Source: Acidobacteriota bacterium (GTDB lineage Bacteria; Acidobacteriota; CAIWXX01). From it: a stretch of DNA of 64,000 bases. The position numbers and the translations under genes were made by a program. Every line of letters starts with the position of its first letter. Position 1 is the first letter of the stretch. Of the stretch, positions 1 through 10,218 are shown in pieces. The notes under the pieces were generated by a model. The model made no database searches. It saw only the letters and a list, made by a program, of their open reading frames with translations, and was not told where the DNA came from. The stretch covers positions 257,306 through 321,305 of the forward strand of contig JBFMAF010000032.1 in the NCBI GenBank assembly GCA_040755995.1. The letters are read 5' to 3'.

Positions 1-522
1 CGCGTCCTGCGGTTCTTCAAGACCGAGTCGTTCGCGTACACCAGCGCGACCATGCTCACGATGTTCCTCGGCGGCCTCTGGCACGGCGCCGCATGGCACT
101 TCGTGCTGTGGGGTGCCATGCACGGCGTGTGGCTGGCTATTGACCGGATGGCCCTGAAGCGGAGCGCCTACCGCAGGGTGCCACGGCCCTTCAGGGTTGG
201 CATCACTTTTCTGCTCGTCATGATCTCGTGGGTCTTTTTTCGCGCAGACAGCATCGCACACGCGGCGCAGTACTGCATGCGGATGGTGGGGGCCGGTGAA
301 TGCGGCCCGGGGGCAGTCATGGTAGGCGGCATCATCCACAACCCCTACTACCTGTCCACACTGATCATCGCAGCAGCCGTGACCTGGACGTGCCCTCAGA
401 CGTGGGATTGGACTCGCAATCTGAGCTGGCAGAAGGCGCTCCTGTCAATCATCCTCCTCTCGCTCTCGCTGGGGATCATGACGACACAGGCTTACAACCC
501 GTTCATATATTTCATCTTCTGA
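1..522 (+). CDS. algI: MBOAT family O-acyltransferase, AlgI/DltB-like (5' end outside the window)
   Basis: TMFLGGLWHGAAWHFVLWG motif with the catalytic His, SWVFFRA and a C-terminal YNPFIYFIF; frame is open back to base 1. Confidence 0.9.
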   Translation, partial: RVLRFFKTESFAYTSATMLTMFLGGLWHGAAWHFVLWGAMHGVWLAIDRMALKRSAYRRVPRPFRVGITFLLVMISWVFFRADSIAHAAQYCMRMVGAGECGPGAVMVGGIIHNPYYLSTLIIAAAVTWTCPQTWDWTRNLSWQKALLSIILLSLSLGIMTTQAYNPFIYFIF

Positions 523-531
523 AGGTAGACC

Positions 532-2166
532 ATGCGACGAGGACTGAACGTGAGCCGCGCCGAGACCGCAGCCGTCGAGCTCGGGCACACCTTTATCCGT
601 AAGCATACCGCCTGGGCGCTCATCGTGGCGTTTCTGACGACGATTCTCTCGCTGCCGCTGGCCTCCGCGGTGCTAAACGGATTACCGGGGCGGGGTACGG
701 TCCGTGCCGCAGCAGAGCGATTCGTCGAGCTGCGACGAGCCTTCGCGGATTCGCCCGTGAGCGGGAACAACATGCTGCTCGCGCAGCTGCGCGGCTTCGA
801 AGACCGGCTCGACCGGGGCTCTGTGCTGGCGCAAAGCCTCGTGCCACCCGTCCAGTGGATCCTGACCGCGGTCATGGGACTGGGCAATGAGCGGGCATAC
901 GATGGAAGGGGGGGGTGGCTGTACTATCGACCCGACGTGGAGTACGTTACCGGTCCCGGCTTCCTGGACGGAGAGGTCCAGGCGGCGCGCGCTCTCTCTG
1001 GAGACTCCTGGCGCGCTCCGATACAGCCGGACCCCGTACGCGCCATAGAGGACTTCGCCGAAGAACTGTCGCGCCGCGGCATCCACCTCATCGTGATGCC
1101 TACGCCGGTCAAGCCTGTCATTGAACCGGAGCACTTCGCCAGGAGAGCGACCGCGCCGTTGCAAAACGCTTCCTTTGACCGCTTCTGCGCCCTGCTTCGA
1201 GATGCGAAGATCGAGGTATTCGATGCGACGGATGCGCTGATGCGGTCGAGAAGCCGAGGGCCACAGTTCCTGCGAACCGATTCGCATTGGACGCCTGAGG
1301 CAATGGAGGTCACGGCGGGCGAGCTGGCGAGGCGGGTACAGAGCGGATTCGCCCGTGTCGTGGAGTACGAGATGACCACCGTCACGGTGCGGAACCGCGG
1401 TGATCTTGCCATCATGCTCGGGCTGCCCGAGTCACGTAACCCCTTCACGTTCGAAGAAGTGCAATTGCATCGCGTTCGCATGCCCGGCGGGGCGCCGTGG
1501 GAGCCCGATCGCAACGCGGACGTGCTGCTGCTCGGCGACAGTTTTGCCAACGTCTACTCGCAGGAGGCGCTCGGCTGGGGCGTCTCGGCCGGGCTCGCCG
1601 AGCAGCTCAGCTACTTCCTCAGGCGCCCGATCGACCGCATCGCGATCAACGACGATGGCGCTTTCGCCACTCGACTGGAGCTCGCAAGAGAGCTCGCGCG
1701 CGGCGAAGACCGCCTGGCGGGGAAGTGCCTCGTCATCTATCAGTTCGCAGTCCGCGAACTGACGTCCGGCGACTGGAGGATGGTCGATCTCGCACCGGTG
1801 CGTAAGACGGTGGAAGCTCCGGCAGCAGCCGGAGAGAGCGTTCTGTGCAGCGGAGTCGTGCGCGAGCTCACACCGCTCCCGGCGCCCGGCCGAACCCCCT
1901 ATCGCGACTGCGTGATCTCGATTCGCCTCGCCGACCTCCAAGTCGAACGCGGCGCGATAGCCGATTCGGAGATACTGGTCTACGCGATGGGGATGCGCGA
2001 CGCTGTACTCACTGACGCATCGCGGCTCATGCCAGGGCAGCGCATCCGGGTGCGCCTGGTCCCGTGGGAGCGAGTTGCCCCGGCGTATGAGGGCTACCAG
2101 AGACTGGAGCTGCCGGGCGACGACGCCTTCTTGCTGCCGGCGTACTGGATGGAGGCGATCTTATGA
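532..2166 (+). CDS. AlgJ/AlgX-like SGNH O-acetyltransferase with N-terminal membrane anchor and C-terminal extra domain
   Basis: GRGGWLYY, RTDSHWT (DxH) and LLGDSF motifs; directly downstream of algI. Confidence 0.85.
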   Translation: MRRGLNVSRAETAAVELGHTFIRKHTAWALIVAFLTTILSLPLASAVLNGLPGRGTVRAAAERFVELRRAFADSPVSGNNMLLAQLRGFEDRLDRGSVLAQSLVPPVQWILTAVMGLGNERAYDGRGGWLYYRPDVEYVTGPGFLDGEVQAARALSGDSWRAPIQPDPVRAIEDFAEELSRRGIHLIVMPTPVKPVIEPEHFARRATAPLQNASFDRFCALLRDAKIEVFDATDALMRSRSRGPQFLRTDSHWTPEAMEVTAGELARRVQSGFARVVEYEMTTVTVRNRGDLAIMLGLPESRNPFTFEEVQLHRVRMPGGAPWEPDRNADVLLLGDSFANVYSQEALGWGVSAGLAEQLSYFLRRPIDRIAINDDGAFATRLELARELARGEDRLAGKCLVIYQFAVRELTSGDWRMVDLAPVRKTVEAPAAAGESVLCSGVVRELTPLPAPGRTPYRDCVISIRLADLQVERGAIADSEILVYAMGMRDAVLTDASRLMPGQRIRVRLVPWERVAPAYEGYQRLELPGDDAFLLPAYWMEAIL

Positions 2167-3221
2167 CGCGCAGGGACATGCTGTGGCGAATGGCATGTGC
2201 ACTCCTCGGAATGCGGGCGTATGCAAACCCGCCGGCGCCGGATGAGTCCCTCGCCGCAGCTTTCCTCCAGGAGATGGCGGAGAGGAGTCGCGGGGCAACC
2301 GGGAGTGTCGTCGCGGGCAAGAACGGGTATCTGTTCTTCGTGCCGGAGCTGCGCCACCTCGGAGTTGGGCAGTTCTGGGGCGACGCGGCACTCCGCGTCA
2401 GCCGTGCGCCAGACCCCAATGACGCCGATCCGCTTCCAGCCATCCTGGACTTTCAGACGCAGCTGGCGAGGGCGGGAATCGAGCTCCTCTTCGTCCCTGT
2501 CCCGGCGAAGGCCATCGTCTACCCGGACATGATCTCGGATCGAGTGAAGATCGCCGGTGATCGCGCGCCCAGGCTCGACATTTGTCACCAGGCTTTCTAC
2601 CGGCTGCTTGGGGAACGCGGCGTCCACGTGCTGGATCTGACCGGCGAATTCCTCGAGAGACGCCGGAACACACAAGGCAGCCTGTACTGCCAGCAGGACA
2701 CCCACTGGTCCGGGCTCGCATGCTCGGTGGCGGCCGAAGCGATCGCGGCGCGGATTCTGCAGAAGGCCGGCCCGATAGCTCCGTCGATCGCGAGACGCTA
2801 CACGACCAAACCGCTCGTCGTCGAGATCACCGGCGATCTCTGGCGCGACCTTGCCGAACCGCGGCCGCCGCGCGAGAAGCTCCAGGTGCTGCAAGTCGGA
2901 TTGGCGACTCCGGACGGTTGGGTGCCAGTCGAGTCCTGGCGGCAGAGCCCCGTGCTGCTGCTGGGCGACAGCCACGATCTCGTGTTCCACGGAGGTGACG
3001 ACATGCACGCGCAGTCGGCCGGGCTGGCCGACCACCTCGCGCTCCACCTCGGCTTCCCCGCCGACCTCCTCGCCGTCCGCGGCTCGGGCGCGACGCCGTC
3101 GCGTGTGAATCTGCTACGCCGCGCCGACAACCTCGCCGGCAAGAGGGTCGTTATCTGGTGCATGAGCGTCCGCGAGTTCACGGAGGGCAGCGGGTGGAAG
3201 AAGGTGCCGGTGGTGAGGTAG
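2163..3221 (+). CDS. AlgJ/AlgX-like SGNH O-acetyltransferase, possible Tat signal
   Basis: GKNGYLFF, QDTHWS and LLGDSH motifs; N-terminal TRRDML; ATGA overlap with the previous gene. Confidence 0.85.
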   Translation: MTRRDMLWRMACALLGMRAYANPPAPDESLAAAFLQEMAERSRGATGSVVAGKNGYLFFVPELRHLGVGQFWGDAALRVSRAPDPNDADPLPAILDFQTQLARAGIELLFVPVPAKAIVYPDMISDRVKIAGDRAPRLDICHQAFYRLLGERGVHVLDLTGEFLERRRNTQGSLYCQQDTHWSGLACSVAAEAIAARILQKAGPIAPSIARRYTTKPLVVEITGDLWRDLAEPRPPREKLQVLQVGLATPDGWVPVESWRQSPVLLLGDSHDLVFHGGDDMHAQSAGLADHLALHLGFPADLLAVRGSGATPSRVNLLRRADNLAGKRVVIWCMSVREFTEGSGWKKVPVVR

Positions 3222-3256
3222 CAGTTGGCAGTTGACGGTTGTCAGTTGACAGTTGT
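3222..3256. repeat. Heptamer tandem array, 5 x CRGTTGN
   Basis: CAGTTGG CAGTTGA CGGTTGT CAGTTGA CAGTTGT. Confidence 0.85.
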
Positions 3257-3293
3257 CGGACTAGACATCGGCCGTCAGCCACATCGCGCGGCC

Positions 3294-3322
3294 TCAGAAG
3301 TCATCGCCTGCTTGATCACCAC
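3294..3322 (-). pseudogene. N-terminal remnant of a MazF/PemK-like toxin
   Basis: GTG GTG ATC AAG CAG G-C GAT GAC TTC TGA overlaps the antitoxin stop; restoring one base gives MVIKQGDDF*, resembling the MazF start MVIxQGDxxW. Confidence 0.6.
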
Positions 3323-3573
3323 GGTTCCGCCTCCTCGTGGCGGCGGCGGACACGCCGGATTCCTCGAAGCACCCTCCGTTCCTCCCGATCGACTCCGTCC
3401 GAGGAGACCCTGTTCAACTTCTCGAACAACCTGCAGTTGCGACGCCGCTCCAAGTACTCCCGGATGGCTTCGGCGTAGAGTCTGCTCCGGCTCACCCGCA
3501 ATTCTCGAGCGGTGCGTTCCGCTTGCTCATAAAGCGTTTCATCAAGCGGGATGACAGTCTTAATCGTACTCAT
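3316..3573 (-). CDS. CopG/ribbon-helix-helix antitoxin (MazE/ChpI-like)
   Basis: IKTVIPLDETLYEQAERTARELRVSRSRLYAEAIREYL RHH pattern; C-terminal ...EPW. Confidence 0.8.
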   Translation of the reverse strand: MSTIKTVIPLDETLYEQAERTARELRVSRSRLYAEAIREYLERRRNCRLFEKLNRVSSDGVDREERRVLRGIRRVRRRHEEAEPW

Positions 3574-3715
3574 TGTCGCACCTTGACACTCAGGCTAAGT
3601 ATAGCATTGTAGCCGCATGTGAACCCGGACGGATCTGGAATGGGGCAGCTTCTGACGACCGGCGCCATTTTGAATCTTGCGGCTTTTGTGCGAGAATGTA
3701 GGGCTTTGCTGAGTC

Positions 3716-4126
3716 ATGGGAGGGGCAGTGGGACAAGGTCGGAGACCGTTGAGGACGGGTGAGGTGGTCCAGCACGAGCTGATGCGGCTGATCCAGCGGG
3801 AGATGCACGACCCGCGGCTCGGCTTCGTTACCGTGACGGAGGTTCGCATGAGCCCGGACCTGCGGTCGGCGCGCGTGTACGTGAGCGTGATGGGCGAGGA
3901 GGAGAAGCAGAAGGAGACGCTCTCGGTGCTTCAGCACGCCGAAGGTTTCCTGCGCAACGGGCTTTCGAAGGTGCTGCAGATGCGCTTCACACCCGAGCTG
4001 CACTTCGTGCTCGACAGGTCCATCGAGCGGTCGATCCGAATCGAGGAGCTGCTGCACGAGGATGAAAAGCAGGTGGTCGAGAACCACGAAGATGAGAAGC
4101 ACGAGGATGAGAAGAAGGAGGAATGA
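3716..4126 (+). CDS. rbfA: Ribosome-binding factor A
   Basis: DPRLGFVTVTEVRMSPDLRSARVYVS and RFTPELHFVLDRSIE. Confidence 0.95.
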   Translation: MGGAVGQGRRPLRTGEVVQHELMRLIQREMHDPRLGFVTVTEVRMSPDLRSARVYVSVMGEEEKQKETLSVLQHAEGFLRNGLSKVLQMRFTPELHFVLDRSIERSIRIEELLHEDEKQVVENHEDEKHEDEKKEE

Positions 4127-5115
4127 TCCAGGTGCTGGACCAGATCGCTGAGGTGATGAGGCGGGGAAGCCGTTTCATGTTGACATCGCACCGGCGGCCC
4201 GACGGCGATTCGATAGGCTCGGAGCTGGCCATCGCCTTCACGCTCGAGCAGCTCGGCAAGGAGGCGGTCATCCGCAATCGCGACCCGCACCCGTCGGCCT
4301 ACCGGCGCATCCCGGGTGTCGACCGTATTCTCGTTGGTGATTGTCCGGAAGGCGAAGTCTTCGATGCCGTGTTCGTGATCGAATGCACCGAGGTCGAACG
4401 GCCCGGGCTCTCGCACCTCGACCGGTATTTCCTCATCAACATCGACCATCACTCCAAGAACCGCATGTTTGCCAACTTGAATTGGGTGGACACGGCCGCC
4501 TGCGCCGTGGGCGAGATGATCTACCGGCTGGTGAGGCACCTGGGCGTACGCCTGACACCGGAGATCGCCACGGCACTCTACGTGTCTATCTCGACCGACA
4601 CGGGCTTTTTCCATTTCAGCAACACGAACGCCCGGACTTTCGAGGTTTGCGCGGAGCTCGCCAAGGCGGGCGCCGACCCGGCATACGTCGCCGATGCGCT
4701 GACCGATCACAACCGCCCCGGTCAGATCCAGCTGCTCGGCCGCTGCCTCTCACGATTGGAGCTCCACTGGGATCTGCGCGCCGCTACGATCGCACTCTTC
4801 CTGAGCGACCTCGCTGAGATCGAGGTGACCGAAGGCGACACCGAGAACATCATCAACTACCCGCGCTCCATCGATGGGATCGACGTGGCGGTTTTCTACA
4901 AAGAGATAGCTCCCGGCGACTTCCGCGTGGGCTTCAGATCGAAGACGGACTTCGATGTAGCCGCGCTGGCGGCGGAATTCGGAGGCGGCGGCCACGCCCA
5001 GGCATCGGGATGCAGCGTGAGCGGCTCCTACGAAGAGGTGCGACGCAAGGTTCTGGGGGCGCTCAGAAAGCGCCTGGGCATGCCGCAGGCCGTCGCGGCC
5101 GACCCCGCCGCCTGA
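4123..5115 (+). CDS. nrnA: Bifunctional oligoribonuclease/PAP phosphatase (DHH/DHHA1)
   Basis: HRRPDGDSIGS, NIDHH, TDTG and FGGGGH motifs; typical position after rbfA. Confidence 0.93.
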   Translation: MIQVLDQIAEVMRRGSRFMLTSHRRPDGDSIGSELAIAFTLEQLGKEAVIRNRDPHPSAYRRIPGVDRILVGDCPEGEVFDAVFVIECTEVERPGLSHLDRYFLINIDHHSKNRMFANLNWVDTAACAVGEMIYRLVRHLGVRLTPEIATALYVSISTDTGFFHFSNTNARTFEVCAELAKAGADPAYVADALTDHNRPGQIQLLGRCLSRLELHWDLRAATIALFLSDLAEIEVTEGDTENIINYPRSIDGIDVAVFYKEIAPGDFRVGFRSKTDFDVAALAAEFGGGGHAQASGCSVSGSYEEVRRKVLGALRKRLGMPQAVAADPAA

Positions 5116-5136
5116 CGTCGTGCCCGCCCCCACGAG

Positions 5137-6048
5137 ATGGCGATGAGCAGGTTGAACGGCGTGCTCCTGGTCGACAAGGGTCCCGGTCCGACCTCGCACG
5201 ACGTCGTCGTGTCCTGCCGGAGAATACTCAAAGAGAAACGCATCGGACACCTTGGGACTCTGGACCCCATCGCCGGCGGCCTGCTGCCGCTGGCCGTCGG
5301 CCAGGCCACCCGCCTCACCCGTTTCTTCCTGATGGAACGGAAGAGCTACGAGGGGACCATCCGGCTCGGCTACTCGACCGATACCTTCGACCGTACCGGC
5401 CAGCGGACCTCGGAGGAGGCGGCGTCGCTGCCGTCAAAGGAAGAAGTGCTGCGCGAGGCGCAGGCTTTCCAAGGCGTCATAAGGCACATGACGCCCCCGT
5501 ACAGCGCGCGGAAGGTCGCCGGCAAGAAGCTTTACGAGCGGGCTCGCCAGGGCGAGATGATCACGACAGAGACGAAGCAGATCGAGATCTTCGCGTTCGA
5601 CGTGCGGCGTGTCGAAGGGAACTGCGTCGAGTTCTTCGTCGACTGTTCGACAGGCACGTATGTTCGTTCGCTTGCCCACGAGCTGGGCATCAAGTTGGGG
5701 TGTGGAGGCCATCTGGAGTCGCTGCGCCGGCTGAGCGTCGGCGAGTTCACGATCGAGAAGGCGGCGACACCGGAGCAGCTGCGCCAGGCGCGCGCGGATG
5801 GGCGCGAGGAGGCATTCCTCATCCCGATGCCGGAGCTGCTCCCGGAGTTCGACACCTTTCTGCTTTCCACTGCCGACCTGTGGGAGATCGCGCACGGGAA
5901 GAACCTGCTTCGCAAGGTCGATGCGCCGCCGCGATCCCGCTACGTCAAGCTCGTGGACGCCGCGCGAACGCTCGCGGCCATCGGCGAGATCGTGGACCAG
6001 CACGCCTGCATCGTGACGGTCCACCCAAGGGTCGTGCTCGTCCGCTGA
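5137..6048 (+). CDS. truB: tRNA pseudouridine(55) synthase
   Basis: DKGPGPTSHDVV, GHLGTLDP, PPYSA and CSTGTYVRSLA. Confidence 0.95.
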   Translation: MAMSRLNGVLLVDKGPGPTSHDVVVSCRRILKEKRIGHLGTLDPIAGGLLPLAVGQATRLTRFFLMERKSYEGTIRLGYSTDTFDRTGQRTSEEAASLPSKEEVLREAQAFQGVIRHMTPPYSARKVAGKKLYERARQGEMITTETKQIEIFAFDVRRVEGNCVEFFVDCSTGTYVRSLAHELGIKLGCGGHLESLRRLSVGEFTIEKAATPEQLRQARADGREEAFLIPMPELLPEFDTFLLSTADLWEIAHGKNLLRKVDAPPRSRYVKLVDAARTLAAIGEIVDQHACIVTVHPRVVLVR

Positions 6049-6069
6049 TCGGTCCCGCAGGGCGGGCAC

Positions 6070-6214
6070 AAGGCGAAAGGGGAAACGGGCCGGGCGAGAG
6101 GCGAAAGGCCAAAGGGTCAAGGGGTAGGCGATCTTGCGGGCATGTCGACCGCGTGCTACCTTCCTCCATGAGATGATTGAGCTGCGCTTCTCCCTTTCCC
6201 CTTTCCCTTTTCGC
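6070..6214. repeat. Inverted pair of purine-rich and pyrimidine-rich ~7-mer arrays between truB and uvrB
   Basis: GGCGAAAGGGGAAACGGG...GGCGAAAGGCCAAAGGGTCAAGGGG versus CCCTTTCCCCTTTCCCTTTTCGC. Confidence 0.7.
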
Positions 6215-6234
6215 TCGTACGTCCCGGGGCCGAC

Positions 6235-8256
6235 ATGAGTCGACTGATGGCGGCCCACCGGCCTCTTCCGGGGCAGTTTGTCCTCGAGTCGGCGTTCGCG
6301 CCGTGCGGCGATCAGCCGAGGGCGATCGCGCAGCTTCTCGACGGCATCCGCGCGGGGACTCCGCTGCAGGTCCTCATGGGGGTGACCGGGTCGGGCAAGA
6401 CGTTCACCATGGCCAAGGTCGTCGAAGCAGTGAACCGCCCGACACTGGTCATCGCGCACAACAAGACGCTCGGCGCGCAGCTCTTCCAGGAGTTCCGGAC
6501 GTTCTTCCCGCGGAACGCGGTCGAGTATTTCGTCTCGTACTATGACTACTACCAGCCGGAAGCGTATATCCCGTCGAGCGACACGTACATCGCCAAGGAG
6601 GCGACGATCAACGAGGAGCTCGATCGTATGCGGCTGGCTGCCACACGGTCGTTGTTCGAGCGGCGCGACGTGATCATCGTGGCGTCCGTCTCGTGCATCT
6701 ACGGCCTGGGTTCGCCCGATTCGTTCTACTCGATGATGCTCTTCCTCGATCGCGGGCAGACGATCCGGCGCCGGCAGCTGCTCGAACGCCTGGTGCAGCT
6801 GCAGTACGAGCGATCGGATCTGGAGTTCAGGCGGGGCACCTTCAGGGTGCGCGGCGACACGGTCGAGATTTACCCGACGTACGAGGATCTGCCGATTCGA
6901 GTCGAGCTCGAGGGCGAGCGCATCGAGCAGCTCGCGCTCTTCGACCCGCTCCGCTCGCGCGTCGTGCAGAGCTACGAGACGGTGCCGATCTATCCCCGCA
7001 CGCATTTCGTTACGCCGCCCGACCGCCTCGCGCGGGCAATCGAGACGATTCAGGTGGAGCTGGAGGAGCGGAAGAGGGAGCTCGAGGAGGCGGGGAAGCG
7101 CGTCGAGGCGCAGCGGCTGTCGGAGAGAACGCTGTACGACCTGGAGATGCTCAGGCAGATCGGCTACTGCTACGGAATCGAGAACTACTCGCGCCATCTG
7201 GACGGGCGTGCCCCGGGCACGCCTCCGGCGACGCTCATCGACTATCTCCCGGAGAACGCGCTCCTGATCATCGACGAGAGCCACCAGACCGTGCCCCAGC
7301 TCAGGGGGATGTACGAGGGGGACCAGTCCAGAAAAACTACGCTTGTAGAATACGGCTTCCGCCTCCCGTCGGCCCTCGACAACCGGCCGCTCAATTTCGA
7401 GGAATTCCGGAAACGGATGCCGCAGGCCATCTGCGTCTCGGCTACGCCGGGCCCGTACGAGCTGGAGCGGACCGGAGGGGTGGTGGCTGAGCAGGTCATC
7501 CGCCCCACGGGGCTGGTGGATCCGCCGATCGAGGTCCGGCCTGTGGCCACACAGATCGACGACCTGCTGCGCGAGATCCGGGCCCGAGCCGCCCGGCGCG
7601 AGCGTGTGCTGGTCACGACACTGACGAAGCGCATGGCCGAGCGCCTGACGGATCACTACCTGGCAGAGGGCGTCCGGGCCCGGTATCTCCATTCCGACAT
7701 CGACACTATCGAGCGCGTCCGGATTCTCAGGGACCTGCGGCGAGGCGACTTCGACGTGCTCGTGGGCATCAATCTGCTCCGCGAGGGTCTCGACCTGCCC
7801 GAGGTCTCGCTCGTAGCGATCCTGGACGCGGACAAGGAGGGGTTCCTGCGGTCGAGCGGGTCGCTGATTCAGACAAGCGGCAGGGCGGCGCGCAACGCGA
7901 ACGGGTCGGTCATCATGTACGCCGACACGGTGACCGATTCCATGGGGCTGGCAATCGAGGAGACGAACAGGAGGAGACTGATTCAGGGCGACTACAACCG
8001 CGAGCACGGGATAACGCCCGAGACCATACAGAAGGCGATCCTCGGCGAGCTCGGGCGCGTGTGCGAAGGGGATTATGTGACCGTGCCGCCCGAGCTGGAT
8101 CGAGAGGAGGCGTTCAAGTCGGCGGAGGATCGCCAGAGGAAGATCCAGAAGCTGGAGGCCGCGATGCGAAAGGCGAGCCTGGACCTGCGTTTCGAGGAGG
8201 CCGCGGAGCTGCGCGATAGAATCAAGAGAATCAAGACGGCAGCGCTCATGGATTGA
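6235..8256 (+). CDS. uvrB: Excinuclease ABC subunit B
   Basis: [42 protein letters not shown] and a C-terminal UVR domain. Confidence 0.98.
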   Translation: MSRLMAAHRPLPGQFVLESAFAPCGDQPRAIAQLLDGIRAGTPLQVLMGVTGSGKTFTMAKVVEAVNRPTLVIAHNKTLGAQLFQEFRTFFPRNAVEYFVSYYDYYQPEAYIPSSDTYIAKEATINEELDRMRLAATRSLFERRDVIIVASVSCIYGLGSPDSFYSMMLFLDRGQTIRRRQLLERLVQLQYERSDLEFRRGTFRVRGDTVEIYPTYEDLPIRVELEGERIEQLALFDPLRSRVVQSYETVPIYPRTHFVTPPDRLARAIETIQVELEERKRELEEAGKRVEAQRLSERTLYDLEMLRQIGYCYGIENYSRHLDGRAPGTPPATLIDYLPENALLIIDESHQTVPQLRGMYEGDQSRKTTLVEYGFRLPSALDNRPLNFEEFRKRMPQAICVSATPGPYELERTGGVVAEQVIRPTGLVDPPIEVRPVATQIDDLLREIRARAARRERVLVTTLTKRMAERLTDHYLAEGVRARYLHSDIDTIERVRILRDLRRGDFDVLVGINLLREGLDLPEVSLVAILDADKEGFLRSSGSLIQTSGRAARNANGSVIMYADTVTDSMGLAIEETNRRRLIQGDYNREHGITPETIQKAILGELGRVCEGDYVTVPPELDREEAFKSAEDRQRKIQKLEAAMRKASLDLRFEEAAELRDRIKRIKTAALMD

Positions 8257-8276
8257 GCATGTGCGGAGCGTTGGTG

Positions 8277-8428
8277 GAGCCGAACCGGAGAAACGGTGAA
8301 ACGGAGAAGGGAGACATGGTGACGCCGGGAGGCGGAGAGGAGATCGATGCGGCTCCGATGCATCGCGCCAGAGAGTCGCCGGAAAGTGGCTCGACAATCT
8401 GAAATCTGCAATCTGAGATCTGAAATCG
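8277..8428. repeat. Octamer array (ACGGAGA-like) and heptamer array (GAAATCT-like) between uvrB and uvrC
   Basis: accggaga aacggtga aacggaga agggagac atggtgac...; caatct gaaatct gcaatct gagatct gaaatcg. Confidence 0.8.
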
Positions 8429-8431
8429 ACC

Positions 8432-10090
8432 ATGCTTTCGCCGCGTCTGATCGCCAGGCTCGATAGTCTGCCGGATGCGCCGGGCGTCTATCTCTTCAAG
8501 GGCGCCGCGGGCCGGATTATCTATGTCGGCAAGGCGCTGTCGCTCCGAAATCGCGTGCGGCAGTACTTCCAGAGCCACCGCCCGGACGAGAAGGTGTCGT
8601 TTCTGGTCGAGGAAATCGAGGACCTCGAGCTCGTTGTCGTGGACTCGGAGAAAGAGGCGCTGCTGCTCGAAAGCAGCCTGATCCGGCGGTACCATCCCAG
8701 GTACAACACGAACCTGAAGGATGACAAGCAGTATCCGCTGCTGCGACTGACCGACGAGCCCTTCCCGCGGCTCACGCTCGTCAGGAAGGTCCAGAAAGAC
8801 GGCGCGCGCTATTTCGGCCCGTACATCCCCGCGAGTCTGGCGCGGGTCACGCTCAACACGGCTCAGAAGTTCTTCAAGATCCGGTGGTGCGCGGAGAAGA
8901 TGGGGTCGCGCAAGCGCCCCTGCCTCGACTACTACATCCACCGTTGCCTCGGACCCTGCGCCAACCTGACGTCGCGCGAACAGTACGCGGAGGCCGTAGG
9001 ACACTGCGTGCTGTTGCTCGAGGGGAAGCACCAGGAGCTACTCGGGTCGCTCCGAAGCCGGATGGAGAAGGCGGCGGAGGAGGAGCGATTCGAGGAGGCC
9101 GCGGGGCTGCGCGACATGATCCGCGGAGTCGAGGCCCTCAAAGACAGACAGAAGATCATCCTCCCGCTGCTCGTCGACCAGGACATCTTCGGATGCCATC
9201 GAGAAGGCGGGGAGGCCCTGGTCATGGTCTTCAATCGCCGTCGCGGCGTGGTCGTGGACCGTCGCGAGTTCCTGACCGCGGCGCCCTCAGAGGTCGCAGA
9301 CGACGAGTTGCTCTCGGACCTGATCCTCCAGTACTACGAGCAGGCTCAGGTGCCCCAGCAGGTGCTGGTGCCCACACCGGTGCCGAAGTCGCTGGGCGAG
9401 ATCCTTGCGGAGAAGGCCGGACGAAAGGTGCGTGTGCACTGCCCGTCGAGAGGCGAGGCGGCGAGGCTCGTGAAGCTGCTGGCCCGCAACGCGCGGCAGC
9501 GCTTCGAAACGCGGCGCACGCTCGAGCCGCTCCTGCCGGACTTCCTCGCAGATGTCCAGCGCATTCTCTCCCTCCCGTCCCAGCCGCGGCGGATCGAAGG
9601 ATTCGACATCAGCCACCTCGGCGGCACGGGCACGGTGGCTTCGCTGGTCGTGTTCGAGAACGGCTACCCGCTCAAGCGCGATTATCGCCGGTATCACATA
9701 AGGACGGTCACCGGCGCCGACGATTTCAAGTCGATGAAGGAGGTCGTCTTCAGACGGTACCGGCGGGTGATCGAGGAAGACCTGCCGAGGCCGGACCTGA
9801 TTCTGATAGACGGCGGCAAGGGGCAGCTCGGCGCCGCCCTGGAGGCCCTGCGCGACGTCGGCCTGGCCGGTCCCGCCGTGGTGGCCCTGGCGAAGCGGGA
9901 GGAGGAGATCTACGTGCCGACCGCCACGGAGCCGCTCCACTTGCCGCGCGACAGCGCCCCGCTGAAGCTGATGCAGCGCGTCCGCGACGAGGCGCATCGC
10001 TTCGCCGTAACGTTCCAGCGCAAGACGCGCGAAGCGCCGCTCCGGCGCCGGAGGGGCCGGACCGGCAAGCTCACGGACGAGATGAGCTGA
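8432..10090 (+). CDS. uvrC: Excinuclease ABC subunit C, lacking the C-terminal HhH domain
   Basis: GIY-YIG (PGVYLF..IIYVGKA), UVR domain, RIEGFDISH, PDLILIDGGKGQL and RDEAHRFA. Confidence 0.95.
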   Translation: MLSPRLIARLDSLPDAPGVYLFKGAAGRIIYVGKALSLRNRVRQYFQSHRPDEKVSFLVEEIEDLELVVVDSEKEALLLESSLIRRYHPRYNTNLKDDKQYPLLRLTDEPFPRLTLVRKVQKDGARYFGPYIPASLARVTLNTAQKFFKIRWCAEKMGSRKRPCLDYYIHRCLGPCANLTSREQYAEAVGHCVLLLEGKHQELLGSLRSRMEKAAEEERFEEAAGLRDMIRGVEALKDRQKIILPLLVDQDIFGCHREGGEALVMVFNRRRGVVVDRREFLTAAPSEVADDELLSDLILQYYEQAQVPQQVLVPTPVPKSLGEILAEKAGRKVRVHCPSRGEAARLVKLLARNARQRFETRRTLEPLLPDFLADVQRILSLPSQPRRIEGFDISHLGGTGTVASLVVFENGYPLKRDYRRYHIRTVTGADDFKSMKEVVFRRYRRVIEEDLPRPDLILIDGGKGQLGAALEALRDVGLAGPAVVALAKREEEIYVPTATEPLHLPRDSAPLKLMQRVRDEAHRFAVTFQRKTREAPLRRRRGRTGKLTDEMS

Positions 10091-10107
10091 CACAGCGCTT
10101 TCATTGG

Positions 10108-10218
10108 CGCCGCGGGGATGAATATCTTGCCGTAGTACTCTTTCAGGAGATCCAACAAGCCGATATGAAACAGGAAGAATAGAGGGGAGGTGTCTACAAC
10201 AACCGTCCTGTCAGGCGT
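10108..10218 (-). pseudogene. Truncated DUF3368/PIN-like toxin
   Basis: (T)PDRTVVVDTSPLFFLFHIGLLDLLKEYYGKIFIPAA, after which similarity is lost; the expected overlapping ATG reads ACG. Confidence 0.75.

Noticed and set aside
4055..4114. HEDEK x3 tail of RbfA
   Set aside because: Low-complexity acidic tails are common in RbfA
5434..8433. 999-aa minus-strand ORF and other long overlapping ORFs (e.g. 17070-18458, 24338-26293, 32547-34130, 58316-59926)
   Set aside because: Shadow ORFs of well-supported genes in high-GC DNA, with no motifs
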